Of a stretch of 64,000 bases of DNA, positions 32,911-46,160 are shown in pieces. The number at the start of each line of letters is the position of its first letter. The first letter of the stretch is position 1. The notes under the pieces were generated by a model. The model was given only the letters and a program-made list of their open reading frames with translations, had not been told where the DNA came from and made no database searches. Location: the NCBI RefSeq assembly GCF_009914755.1, contig NC_060934.1. One strand, 5' to 3'. The position numbers and the translations under genes are program-made. The DNA comes from the human T2T-CHM13v2.0 reference genome, Homo sapiens.

Positions 32911-33193
32911 AACTAACTTATAATTTTAAAACACATTTTATGCTTTTAAGCTTTCACTTTAGAATACGTTGAAGGGCGCATGTATATAGTTTTCCTATGA
33001 GCAAGGCAAAGTGTGAAGAAATCTTTACCAAGTCAGATGGCATAGGCACAATCAGAATGGACACTGCCATGGTCTAGACAAACACCAGCTGTAAACAACT
33101 GTTTCAGACTTATGTTTCTCAACAAGTTGCAACTGTGCAATTATGATCACTAGAATAATTACAGTATGGGAAGTACTAAAACATTTTGGTTAT

Positions 33194-33560
33194 TGTATCA
33201 GTCAGGATAATTAACCATTAGCTGCCGCAATAGATCAACTCTGAAATCGCAGGGGCTTTATACAACAAAAATTGATTTCTTGCTCACATAAAATGATGTA
33301 GTCAGCAGGGATTCCCCTCTACCCAGAGACCCCATGCCTCTCCATCTGTGTCTAATGCTGCCATATTAACACTTGGTTTCCAAAGTCACTGCACAAGAGA
33401 CAGGAGAGCTGGAGGAGGTCCCTGGCTCTCAGTGACCTTGACTTGGAAGCGACATTTGATGCTTCTGCTTACCTTTCACCGGCCAGAGCTAGATATATGG
33501 CTCTAACCTCACTGCAAGGGAGGATAGAAAATGTAGGAGAGCATCAATTATTTTGTGAGT
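33194..33560 (-). mobile_element. MLT1I/J-like LTR
   Basis: tgtatcagtcaggata...acaacaaaaattgatttcttgctcac...ggccagagctag...ctgcaagggagg. Confidence 0.65.
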
Positions 33561-33792
33561 TTGCAGGCACAGCCCTGGTGATGATTTCTATCTCACATCA
33601 TGAATTTATTTAACTCAAGGCAACTTGCAACCTTTGCTGCTGACTCACGGCCTGATTCCATGACTTCTTTGCATCTCCTTCTCTTACGGCTCTATCATAC
33701 CATATTCTTCAATCTATTTCTGGTTCAGATGCTCAAGAGAGACAATTTGATTGCCTTGTTTATTTATTAACATAGTCTCATTTGGACAGAGC

Positions 33793-34110
33793 TTTTTATT
33801 CAGACAGAGTCTCACTTTGTCACCCAGGCGGGAGTGCAGTCGTGCAGTTGTGCAGTCACAGCTCACTGCAGCCTTGGCATCCTGGGTTCATGCTATCCTC
33901 CTGCCTCGGCGCCGCCCCCCCCCCCCCGCCCCCAAGTAGCTGGGACTACGGGCACATGCCATCATGCCCAGCTAATTTCTTTCCTATTTGTAGTAGAAAT
34001 GGAGTTTCACCATATTGTTCAGGCTGATCTCAAACTCCTGAGCTCAAGCAATCTGCCCGCCTCAGCCTCCCAAAGTGCTGGGGTTACAGGCATGAGCCAC
34101 CATATCTGGC
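33793..34110 (-). mobile_element. Alu (AluJ-like) with internal poly-C expansion
   Basis: Antisense dimer; C13-G-C5 at 33915-33933. Confidence 0.93.
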
Positions 34111-34309
34111 CAGAGCTTTTGTTTTAAATCATATGATAAACACTGGCCAGCTAAATTTCAGGCACCCCCCTGCCCCCAATGCCCAGAGTTGTATCTAAGA
34201 TTCGAGTGGTGTATGTAGCATTAAGGCATTGGAAAAAATACAGTCTTACCCTGTATGTACCCTGTATGTACCCTGTATATATCCACCTTGGCCTTCATGT
34301 GACACTGAG

Positions 34310-34801
34310 CATAGCAGAGATCACCACTTATCTGCAGATATCCATGTACTCTTTCTTTGGTCAAAGAACTACCTTATTTTTACCTAGGCACAGGCTGCCC
34401 ACTTCCCAGCCTCTCTGAAGTGAGGTGTGGACATGTGTCTAAGGCTGGCAGGTCGGCAGCAAGTGGGAACGGCGTACCTCCTCCTGGCTCAGGCCCTTAA
34501 ATGGCATCTCTGAACCCTCAGCTTTGCACATCCCTTTTTCTCTTTCTCCCAGGCTGGAATGAGGATGTGGTGATGATGAGTTGGCTTTGTTTCCGTGAGG
34601 GCACAAGGATAGCATTCTGTGGGGTGGCAAAGTAACAAGATGAAAGGAACCTGGGCTCCTGGGTGATCTGGTGGTGCAGAGCAGCTCTAGCCCCCTGACC
34701 AGTATTACCTTGAACTTGTATGTGGATAGAAATGAGCATTCTATCTTGTTTAAGGCTCAGTTATGTTGGTCTCTTTGAAAACAGCTAAACTGATATCCTA
34801 A
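34310..34801 (+). mobile_element. MLT1J-like LTR
   Basis: cacttcccagcctctctgaagtgaggtgtggacatgtg...aagatgaaaggaacctggg...ttctatcttgtttaag. Confidence 0.65.
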
Positions 34802-34839
34802 AGGATACTCCCATTTTCTAGGGGGGGTCCCTGCCGTAC

Positions 34840-35089
34840 CCTCCTTTGTTTCTGATGGTCCAGCCTCTTCTGGTCTGTGGCTTCTGAGAGCTTTGCTTGT
34901 GCCGCGTTCTGCATGTTGGCGATATTCGAATGCTTCTTCGCCAGCTGCACTGTGAGAAACTCTGGTCTATGCTCATCTTGCATTTCTGGCACCATTCTCT
35001 GCCACCACACCACTCTGTGGCTTTGGAACTTTGTGAAGCTCTTAGCGGACCATCTGCCTAGACATGTCATACAGATTTTCCTTCCACTT
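34840..35089 (-). other. Candidate 250-nt internal exon; unidentified
   Basis: Acceptor-like ttccccacatctggcttgtgcag, donor-like AGG|gtacgg, one fully open frame, several retained CpGs. Confidence 0.3.
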
Positions 35090-36512
35090 CTGCACAAGCC
35101 AGATGTGGGGAACTAGAGAGTCCTATAGCTCCCAGATTCCACCCAAAGGGGAGCAGGATACTCAGCTCTAGAATCCCCAAACGTATTTGGACATTTTATT
35201 ATTCCTCCCTGTGACCCCAAATATAGGGCTTAGCTTAAGATAAAAGTAGGTTAGACCCAGGGTCCCTTTTCAGAAGCCCACTGGTGTCTTCACTTTTCTT
35301 TCAAATCTCTCCATTCTGCTCTATCAGATAAATCTTCTGAGTCTTGGGAGCAGAGGAAGCTCTGTCCTAACAGGGCAGGTTTCCTTCTACACCTTTTATC
35401 TCATTTCTGGGGCCTAAGCTTTAGGAAGATTCTGTTTTCTGGATTATGTTGTATCCTCCCTTCTCTGAGGCAATTAAGGCAGAACCTCATGAAGTGATAA
35501 ACAGAATGCAGTAAATGGACAGAAGTGTCTGTTAATACTTTAGAATTTCACCTGCCATTTAACTAGCAGCCAATATTGTCAAATACTTGTCTTTTAGGAG
35601 TTTCTTCAGTCAATAAATCAGCCTGGTTTGTCATGGTGCAGTGGACAGGTCACTGGCTTGTGATTTGGAAGGTTTGTGTTCTACTCCTAGTTTACTCGTC
35701 GTTTTTGGAAGCAGACCCTCTATGTCAATAGCAAAGGGCAATTCCAAGTGGTAGTGTTCGTCTGTTTTTATCTGTGGACTTTGATTCTGCTGATTGTGTG
35801 ACATTGGGAAATTGACCTAGATTTCATGCTTCAGTTTTTACTGTATATTTCCATAGCATGCTCTATCTCAGACTCAGGGAACTTATGTGAAGTGATAATA
35901 ATGGTTAATATTTAAATAGAATCTCTAAAGAAAAAGTATTGTTTCTAGTACTTTATGTGTATGAATTCATTTGTGACTCATTCATAAGGTAGATCATGAG
36001 GTATAATCTAAAGTAGGGCTAGGATTTAAGCTTACACAGTCTGGTTCTAGGTCTGTGCTATTAATTATTAAGCCAGACAACCTCTTATAATAGGGAATAA
36101 TTTGAAGGAGAGAAATGAAAAATGCCCTGCAATTATTCGAGTACTTTCCTAGTCTTATTTATAAATACCAATCTTTCAAAAGTAAACTGGGCCTCAATTC
36201 TGCTGAAACCATCTCAAATTTCAGATGAGGAATAGCTGAATGGATGCTAATACTGCAGTGATTACAATTATTAAACTATTCATTTTTATAAAATGAATAA
36301 TGAATACACTTTAACCCACCTCCTTTCAAAAATGGTTTCAGGTCACAGATCAGTATAAGCAACTCAATTTTAATTCCAGCTTAGAAATAATAATTCAAAA
36401 ATAGTATTTACTAAGTAATTAAGTAAGGGTTCTTTTAATTTTTTCGCCTTATGCTCATTAAATTATTTTAACCCTGGCCAAACTAATTGAAATTTAACTG
36501 CATGATAAAACT

Positions 36513-36547
36513 TTACCGCCATCTAGTGTCAGTCAGGAGCATTGCAG
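36513..36547 (-). promoter_or_regulatory. CTCF site (core plus upstream U-module)
   Basis: Minus strand reads CTGCAATGCTCCTGACTGACACTAGATGGCGGTAA; core ACACTAGATGGCGG with TGCAAT starting 17 nt upstream. Confidence 0.75.
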
Positions 36548-36594
36548 GAGTGTTGCTTTTTGAATCTGTTTTGGTAGCTACCTGCCGTATCTAT

Positions 36595-36626
36595 GGCAAT
36601 ATTAAGCGGCACTCCCAGGTGGCACT
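36595..36626 (+). promoter_or_regulatory. Second, weaker CTCF site, divergent from the first
   Basis: Core CTCCCAGGTGGCACT at 36612-36626 with GGCAAT starting 17 nt upstream. Confidence 0.5.
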
Positions 36627-36927
36627 CTTTGACTCCTATACCAGCGACCTTTGATTTTATAGATTATTCCAATAATTTGAGTTCAGAGGAACTAATTTCA
36701 TGGCATTTCTTATTTCTAAATCCTGGTTTATTTTATGAGTGTGCTCTCAGGGGAATATAAGAATCTTTCATCCAAGTCAGGGATAGTTTCTAAATTCTCT
36801 GAATGTCCTCACCCCTAAGAGCTCTTGTTACTTTAGCTTCAAGATGGTAAACGTGGGAGAAAACTTTGTGCTATATATTTAAATTATTATGAGTTTTTTT
36901 TGTATATCAAGTATTTATGTGTACACT

Positions 36928-37430
36928 ATAATAGTTATCTACTGCTGTGGGATAAATCGCCTCAAAATGTAGCAGCTTAAACAGCAAAAATTTATCTCAC
37001 ACTATTTCTGAGGGTCAGGAAGCAGAGAGTGGTTTAGCTGGGTGGTTCTGGCTAAGGGTATCTCGCAATGTAAGTCAAGTGTGAGATGAAGCTGCAGTCA
37101 TCTCAAAGCTCAACTGGAGCTGGAGAATCTGCTTCCAGACTCACCCGTGTTAGCAGGTTTTGGTTTCTTGCTTGCTGTCGGCTAGAAGCTCAGTTCCTTG
37201 ACATGTGGGACTCTTCACAGGACGTGCTTCCCCTAGAGCAAGAGGAGAGGGGAAGAGAGTGAGAGACAGAGAGGAAGCCACAGTCTTTTAAAATAATCTA
37301 ATCTTACTCTCATATGTTATTGATCAACCAAACCAGCCCTGGTCCCCTTGTGTGGCAGAGAATTACAGAAGCTTGTGAATAACAGTAGGTGGGGATCCTT
37401 GGGGCCATCTTGAAGGCTGGTGACTACACC
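36928..37430 (-). mobile_element. MLT1F-like LTR
   Basis: agttatctactgctg...gcagcttaaacagc...gggtcaggaa...gtttagctgggtggttctggct...ggatccttggggccatcttg. Confidence 0.8.
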
Positions 37431-37656
37431 CACCATCAAGCTTTATTAAATAGTAATGTTTTGCCTGATTTGGGTAACTGCTTCATAACATGAGTTTAGC
37501 CCAAGGCTAAATTCTGAGAGGTACAAATGGGAAACAACTTTTTCTCCCTTGGTTGCTTTCAACCATACTATGCTAAATCTCCCTTCTGTGCTCTGTAACT
37601 TCAATCTCTGGTAGATTTCATAGCTTTTGGCTCACATTCAGCTGTAACAAGAGTCC

Positions 37657-37816
37657 TTGTTTGTTTGTTTCTTATTTTTAATACATGGTTTCTTATTTTT
37701 AATACATGGTTTCACTCTGTTGCCTCACTGCAGCCTTAACCTCCTGGGCTCAAGTGATCCTCAATCTCAGTCTCCGGAGCAACTGGGACTACAGGAATAT
37801 GCACCATACCTGGCTA

Positions 37817-37877
<61 letters not shown>

Positions 37878-37988
37878 TTGGTACACATGAGGTCCCACTA
37901 TGTTGCCCAGGCTGGTCTTGAATTCCTGGGCTCCTGCCTGGGCCTCCCAAAGTGCTGAGATTGCAGGCATGAGCCACTGTGCCTAGCC
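37657..37988 (-). mobile_element. Degenerate AluJ with a (CA)28 linker
   Basis: Antisense arms flank (TG)28 at 37819-37874; 21-bp tandem duplication at 37667-37708. Confidence 0.9.
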
Positions 37989-38019
37989 CCTGTTTTCAGG
38001 TATTAAAAATGTTAGTCTG

Positions 38020-38319
38020 GGCTGGGCATGGTGGGTCACGCCTGTAACTCCACTACTTTGGGAGGCTGAGTGGGAGGATCACTTGAGGCCAGGAGTTTGA
38101 GACCAGCCTGAGCAACCTAGCAAGACCCTGTCTGTATTAAAAAAAAAAAATTAGCTGGGTGTGATGGTGCATGCCTATAGTCCCAGCTACTTAGGAGGCT
38201 GAGGTGGGAGGATCACTTGAGCTCAGGAGATTGAGGTTACAATGAGCTATGAGTGCACCACTGTCCTCCAGCCTGGGTGACAGAGTGAGACCCTGTATTA
38301 AAAAAACAAAACAAAACAA
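38020..38319 (+). mobile_element. Alu (AluJ-like)
   Basis: Full dimer. Confidence 0.95.
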
Positions 38320-39213
38320 CGCCCTCCCCAGCCAAAAAAAAACTTAGTCCAATCTCATATGTAGCTTGAATCTTCTCTCCTTAACTCTTCTTACTTCTGA
38401 CTCTGAGGAAGGAGAGCATGACTGTTCTTTCAGTGTTTTTCTGACTATTTCTCATCTCTTTCCTGCTTTCTAATTCCTCTAGTATAGAATCCAGCATGCA
38501 GATCAGAGAAAGAGGAGCAAAGTGTCACTGTACTTAGCTGGTATTGTATGTGATTCTCTCATGGATAATACTGGCTGGGACTCATTCCCTCTGTTAATCT
38601 GAGAATTCACATAGAGCTTCTCCAGGGCACCCTGTGGGGATGCAGGGGGTTCCTCCTATTCTGGTCATTCTCCAGTTGCTTCTGAAAATCTTCTCTCAGC
38701 TTTTGCCCCACATGTTCTGGGCTTCACTCTACACAGCTTCTTCCTGCTGGGGACCCCTGGCTTCAGGCAGTAGTTCTTTTGGTCAGGGTCTGTTCCAGAT
38801 GATGCATGTCTTGCTACTCTCTTCAGGTTCCCTTGGTCAATGGGAAAACACTGTCCATCCTTTTCCTCCCTAAAGCTTAACCATCTAATCAGCCCTCTCT
38901 CCCACCCTGTAATTGCATGCTGCTCCAGCCAGTCTCTTGCCTTCAGCGTTCTTGAGATGGATGGAAACCAGGCAAAGATGCCAGCAAATGCCTGTGGATG
39001 CTCTTTGGCTCTCCTAAGAACACTTGTTGTTCTCTATGGTCTGGAAGCAGCACCAGGGCCTGTGATGTCAGGGCTCTGTAAACATCCAGCCAGGAAGTGA
39101 GATACAAATCTTTCTCGTAGGCATTTCTGGTCCCTGTGACTGATTTGCTTGGACTCCTTCACTTGGCTTAGCAGTAGGGAGGGAGGGAAAAAGCCAAAGC
39201 TTTTCTAGTTCTA

Positions 39214-39593
<380 letters not shown>

Positions 39594-39809
39594 TTAATGA
39601 AGTTTTATTTATTTATTTTTATTTATTTATTATTGCCTGTCTTTTGGCATTTTCTCCACATCCTCACCAACACTTGTTATTTTCTGTGTTTCGTTTTGAA
39701 GTTTGGTATTTTAAGGATGAGCTTGGGCATTTTAAAATAAAATTCTGCAGAAATGTACCTAGTGGGTCTCTTTGGCTTCAGGGTCTTAGCTGAATTTCAA
39801 AGATAATAA

Positions 39810-39948
39810 GAGAAGGCCATTCTCTCTGTTCTTAATCATGTTAGGATACAAGAAGATAGCCATCTGCAAACCAGGATGCAGGCTGTCATCAGACACCAGA
39901 TCTGCCAGCACCTTAGTTTTAGACTTCTCAGCCTTCAGAATAACTGTC
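39810..39948 (+). mobile_element. MLT1/MST LTR fragment
   Basis: gccatctgcaaaccagga...cagacaccagatctgccagcacctt...gacttctcagccttcagaa. Confidence 0.7.
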
Positions 39949-41745
39949 TATAAGGGAACACTTGAATTCATCGGAGAAGAGATGATAAGTGCCAGAGGTA
40001 ATTGAGGAGAGGGTTCGAGGCAGCTTGCTCAGCTGAGAGCTGACTGAGAGCTGAGAGGTTTCTGGCCTTGGGGAAACAGTGAGAGAGAAATCCCCAGAGC
40101 TCCAAAATGGGTTTTTACGATCTTGGCTATGGGAGGAACCCCTGACCCACTGGGGCCTCATGCCTGACATACGGAGCTGCCTAAAGATTGCACAGGAATC
40201 TTGCTCCAGAAAGGGAACCCACACAGAATCCCACGGGCATCTGAGCCTGGAGCAGTCTCAGCTGGGAGCCACTTTGAGAGCCCAGATACCAGGGATCTAC
40301 AGACACAGCTGCAGCTGCTCCAAGGAGGAAGAGGCAAGACTGGGCGCTCCCATGCACCCTCGGGAAGGTGCTTGCCACTCTGCTATAAGCTGCTGTGGAG
40401 ACTGAGACACGAGTGAACTGCCCTCCCCCATGCTGCCAGCCTGGGCAGGGATTGACAGGGAATCCAGGCCATTCTACGCCTATCTAGGACAATACCCACT
40501 GCCCTGTAATGAGCTGCTGTGAGACTGAGACGTGATCACACTGCACTCCCCACAGCTTCTTGCCCATACTGCTTGCCTGGGTGGTGCACGCCCTCTCTGG
40601 CTCCTGGTCCAAGGCGACATTTTGAGAGTTTAACATGGGGCTGCACCTCACCCTCGGCCTGAGCTTGGGCAACCATAGCTGCAGCCACTGCCTGCCAAAG
40701 AGGCCCCACCCTCTCCTATCACAAGCCCACAGCTAGTACCATTTTGAGAGTTTAGAGACATTGTTTGGCAACCTGGCAGCAGTGGCCACAGCAGGCATCG
40801 TAGTCTCAGGTCAGAGATTGGAGCACTTGCTCTGGAATGGGAGATGGGACTCCGTAGCCAGCACTGAGCAGCAAGTATCAAGAGTGCCCCAGCAGTAGGT
40901 GCTGGAGTTAGGCTCTCTCCTGTCGCAGGACTGCAGTGGGAGGAGAGTTGCTGAAGCCAAGGTTTCTCCCAGGTGGTGAGACTTGCAGCCAGGGACAGCT
41001 TTGTGACCTGGAACTGGTCTGTGCATGTCATTGCTGGGTGCCCCGGTTTGCTCCCTTGGTCACTTGGGAGACGGTGCGCCACCAGCATTGAGGAGCAGGA
41101 GGGTGACGAACCCCACTCCGCAAGAGATCTAACCCTCAGCACGGACTGACTCTATGGGAGGGGAAAGTACAGCCTCCCCAAAGCCCCCCTTGGGCCAAAG
41201 GAAATGTGAGTGTGGTGCCAGCCACTGAAGGTGGCACCACTGAAGCCTGGGAATGGACGTGGAGAAGGGGTTCTCTCTGTCATCCCTGGCCCCTCTCAGT
41301 GCATTGTCACTGAGGCCTGGGGAGTGTGGGCTGAAAGAGTTCATTTATTGGGTTTCTCCAATGGCTTCACCCCCACTGAAGGCGAATATGCATTGGGGGA
41401 GGACGCTTTTCACTCTTCTCCATTGCTTTCACCCCTACCCCTACCTGTTGGCTGTTACTCTTATATGTCACCTACTGGCCTGCAGTCTGAACTACACCAC
41501 CAAACAAAATTAGATTGCTACAACAAGCAACATCTGAGATAACCACTGATAAACCTATCTGCAACCAAGGAACTTGTACAGAGCCTTGGTATCATGAAAG
41601 CACTCAGAAATGAAGCCAATCAGGCATACACAATATACACTACAGTTATACCCCCTCAGAGGAAAAAATAATAAAAAAACAAGAAGCCCTATCTAAACAA
41701 TAGGAATTTTTTTTTTTTTAAAAAAAGAGGTGTCAGCTCTCTCAT

Positions 41746-42720
41746 ATGAGAAGAAACCAGCATGAGAACTCCAGAAATACAAAAAGCCAGTGTTGTATCA
41801 CCTCCAAAGGATCCTGCTAGCTCTTAAGCAATGGGTCCTAAGAATGAAATGTTTGAAATGACAAATATAGAACTTAGAATATAGATGGCAAAGAAACTCA
41901 ACAAGATCCAAGAAAAAGTTGAAATCCAACACAAAGAGGCCAGAAAAACAATCCAAGATTTGAAAGATGACACAGCTATGTTAAGAAAGAACCAAACAGA
42001 ACTTCTGGAATTGAAAAATTCACTACAGGGATTTCAAAATATAGTCAGAAGTCTTAACAATAGACTAGACCAAGTAGAAGAAAGAATTTCAGACTTCAAA
42101 GACTGGTCCTTTGAATCAACCCAGTCAAGACAAAAATAAAGAAAAAAGAATAAAAAAAAAACCAAAGACTTCGAGACATATGGAATAATGTAAAGTGACC
42201 AGATCTATGACTTATTGGCATTCCTGAGAGAAGAAGAGAAAGTAAGCAACTTGGCAAACATCTTTGAAGATATAATTCAGGAAAGTTTCCCCAATCTTGC
42301 TAGAGGTTGACATGCTGATACAAGAAATCCAGAGGACTCCTTTGAGACACTATATAAGATGACTATTTGTAAGGCACATAGTCATCAGACTATCCAAGGA
42401 CAATGTAAAAGAAAAAATCTTAAAGGCAGCTAGAGAAACAGGTCATATTACCTATAAAGAGAAACCCATTAGACTAACAGGAGACTTCTCAGCAGAAACC
42501 TTACAAACAGAAGAAATTGAGAGCCCATTTTTGGCATTCTTAAAGAAATCCCAACCAATTTCATATCCTGCCAAACTCAGGTCATAAACAAAGGAAAAAT
42601 AAAGTTTTTTTCCCAAACAAGAAGTTGCTAAGGGAATTCATCACTACCAGACTGGACCTATGAGAGATGCTCAAGGGAGATCTAAACATAGACATGAAAG
42701 AATGATACTTACTACCATAA
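41746..42720 (+). pseudogene. L1 ORF1p remnant
   Basis: Coiled-coil peptide LRKNQTELLELKNSLQGFQNIVRSLNNRLDQVEERISDFKD; disrupted. Confidence 0.88.
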
Positions 42721-44962
42721 AAGCACATGCAAGCACATAGCCCATGGATGCTACGGAGCAACTACACAATGAAGACTATAAAGCAACTAGCTAAGAACAC
42801 TATGACAGGAACAAAACCTCACATAATATTAACCTTTAATGTAAACAGCCAGAATGTTCCACAGAAGACATAGTCACAAATTGGATTAAAAAAGACTCAA
42901 ACTTCTGCTGCCTTCAAGAGACTTCTTTCACATGCAATGACAACCATAGGCTCAAAGTAAAGGGATGAGCCTTTAATGAAAATGGAAGACAAAAAAAGAG
43001 CAGTGGTTGCTATTTACATATTAGATAAAATATACTTTAATCCAACAGCAGTACAAAAGGACAAGGAAAGGTATTACATAATGATAAAGGGTTCAATTCA
43101 ACAAGAAGACTTAACTAGCCTAAATATATACATACCCAACATTGGAGCATCCAGATTGATAAAACAATTACTTCTAGACCTAAGAAAAGACTTGGATAGC
43201 CACACACTAATAGTGGGGGGCTTCAACACCCCACTGACATCAATAGACAGATCATCAAGGTAGACAATTAACAGAGGAATTTTTGGCTTAAATTTGACAT
43301 TTGACCAATTGGACCTAATAGACATCTGCAGGATACTTCACCCAACAACCACAGAATATACATTCTCATCTCCACATAGAACATACTCTAAGACTGACCA
43401 CATGCTTGGTCATAAAGTAAGTCTAGATAAATTAAAAAAACATTGACGTCATAACCAGCATATTTTTGAACTACAGTAAAATAAAAATAGAAATCAATAC
43501 CAGGAGTAACTCTCAAAACCACACAAACACATGGAAACTAAATAATTTGCTCCCGAATAATTTTTGGGCAAACAACTAAATCAAGGATGAAATAGAAAAA
43601 TTATTAGAAACAAATGAAAACAGAGACACAACATACCGAAATCTCTGGGATACAGCAAAAGCAGTGTTAAGTGGAAAGTTTATAGAGCAAAATGCCTACA
43701 TCAAGAAGACAGAAAGATTCCAAATTAACAAGCTAATCTTGCACCCTTGAAGGAACTAGACAAACAAAAATGAGCTAAACTGAAAGGTAGCAGAAGAAAA
43801 GAAATAACTAAAATTAGAGCAGAACTAACTGAAATTGAGACCCCCCAAAAACATACAAAGGTCCAGGGAAATAAAACGTTGGTTCTTTGAAGGGATAAAC
43901 AAGAGTGATAGACTGCTAGCTAGATTAACAAAGAAAAACAGAGAGAAGATCCAAATAAGCACAATCAGAAATGACAAAGATCACATTATAACAGATCCCA
44001 CAGAAGTACAAAAGATAATCAGAGACAATTGCGAACATCTCTAGGCACACAAATTAGAAAATCTAGAGGGAATAGATAAATTCCTGGAAATATGCAACTT
44101 CCCCAGATTGAACGAGGAAGAAACAGAAATCCTGAACAGACCAATACTGAGTTCTGAAATAGAATCGTAATAAAAAAACCTACCAGCCAAAAAAAAGCCT
44201 GGAACCAGATGGATTCACAGCCGAACTCTATCAGCTGTACAAAGTAGAGCTGATCTCAATCCTACTGAAACTATTCCAAAACATCAAGGAGAGACTTCTC
44301 CCTAATTCATTCCACAAAGCCAGCATCATCATCAGATTTTTGTATCACAAAATGATTTTGATACAATTTTGATACAAAATCATTTTGTGATACAAAAATG
44401 TCACAAGGACACCCCCCCAAAAAAAACCAAAAAACAAAAAACTATAGGCTAATATCCCTGATGAACATAGATGCAAAAATCCTTGACAAAATACTAACAA
44501 ACCAAATCCAGCAGCACATCAAAATGTGAATTCACAGTGATCAAGTGGGCTTTATTTCTATGATGTAAGGATGGTTTAATACATGCAAATTAGTAAATGT
44601 GATTTACTACACAAACAGAATTAAAAACAAAAAACATATAATTAATAGATTCAGAAAAAGCATTTGATAAAATCCATCATCCCTTCATGATTACAAATTC
44701 TCAACAAACTAGGCATTGAAGGAACATACATCAAAATAGGAGCCATCTATAACAACCCACAGCCAACATCGTATTGAACAGGCAAAAGTCAGAAGCATTC
44801 CCTCTAAGACCTGGAATCAGACGAGGATCTCTACTCTCACCACTCTTATTCAACATAATACTGAATGTCCTAGCTAGATCAATCAGGCAAGAGAAAGAAA
44901 TAGAAAACATCCAAATAGGAAACAAAGAAGTCAGTCAAATTATCTCTCTTCACTAATGATAA

Positions 44963-45311
<349 letters not shown>

Positions 45312-45846
45312 CTAGATCTGATGAGCAACTTCAGCAAAGTCTCAGGATACAAAATCAATGCACGAAAACAGTAGCATTTCTATACACCAATAACGGTCCA
45401 GCTGAGAACAAAATAAAAAAAACAGTCCCATTTACAATAGACACACAAAAAAATAATATACCTAGGAATACATCTAACGAAGGAGGTAAAAGATCTCTAC
45501 AAGGAGAACTACAATACACTGCTGAAATTAACCATACATGACACAAACAAATGTAATAGCATTCCATACTCATGGATTGGAAGAATCAATATTGTTAACA
45601 TTGCCATACTGCCCAAAGCAATCTGCAGATTCAACACTATTCCTATCAAACTACTAATGTCATTTTTCACAGGATTAGAAAAAACTATTCTAAAATTCAT
45701 ATGGAACCAAAAAAAAGAGCCCGAATAGCCAGGGCAATCCGAGGCAAAAAGAATACAGCTGGAAACATCTCCTTACTCAACTTCAAACTATACTGCAAGT
45801 CTATCCTAACTGAAACAACATGATACTGGTATTAAAAACAGACACA

Positions 45847-46160
45847 GGCCGGGCACAGTGGCTCACGCCTGTAATCCCAGCACTTTGGGAGGCTGAGGCG
45901 GGCAGATCACCTGAGGTCAGGAGTTTGAAACCAGCCTGGTCAACATGGTGAAACCCTGTCTCTACTAAAAACACAAAAATTAGCCAGGTGTGGTGGTGGA
46001 TGCCTGTAATCCCAGCTACTCAGGGAGGCTGAGGCACGAGAATCGCTTGATCCCAGGAAGCAGAGTTTGCAGTGAGCCGAGATCGTGCCACTGCACTCCA
46101 GCCTGGGCGATAGAGTGAGACTCCATCTCAAAACAAAACAAAACAACAACAACCAAAACC
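45847..46160 (+). mobile_element. Alu inserted in L1 ORF2
   Basis: Full dimer; TSD aaacagacaca. Confidence 0.97.

Noticed and set aside
34247-34278. 11-bp unit x3 (taccctgtatg); similar micro-duplications at 59687-59710 and 61411-61430
   Set aside because: Ordinary slippage duplications with no sign of function
40079-41542. GC-rich region with several ORFs, resembling a gene 5' end or CpG island
   Set aside because: It is contiguous with L1 ORF1 and CpG-depleted; explained as L1 5'UTR
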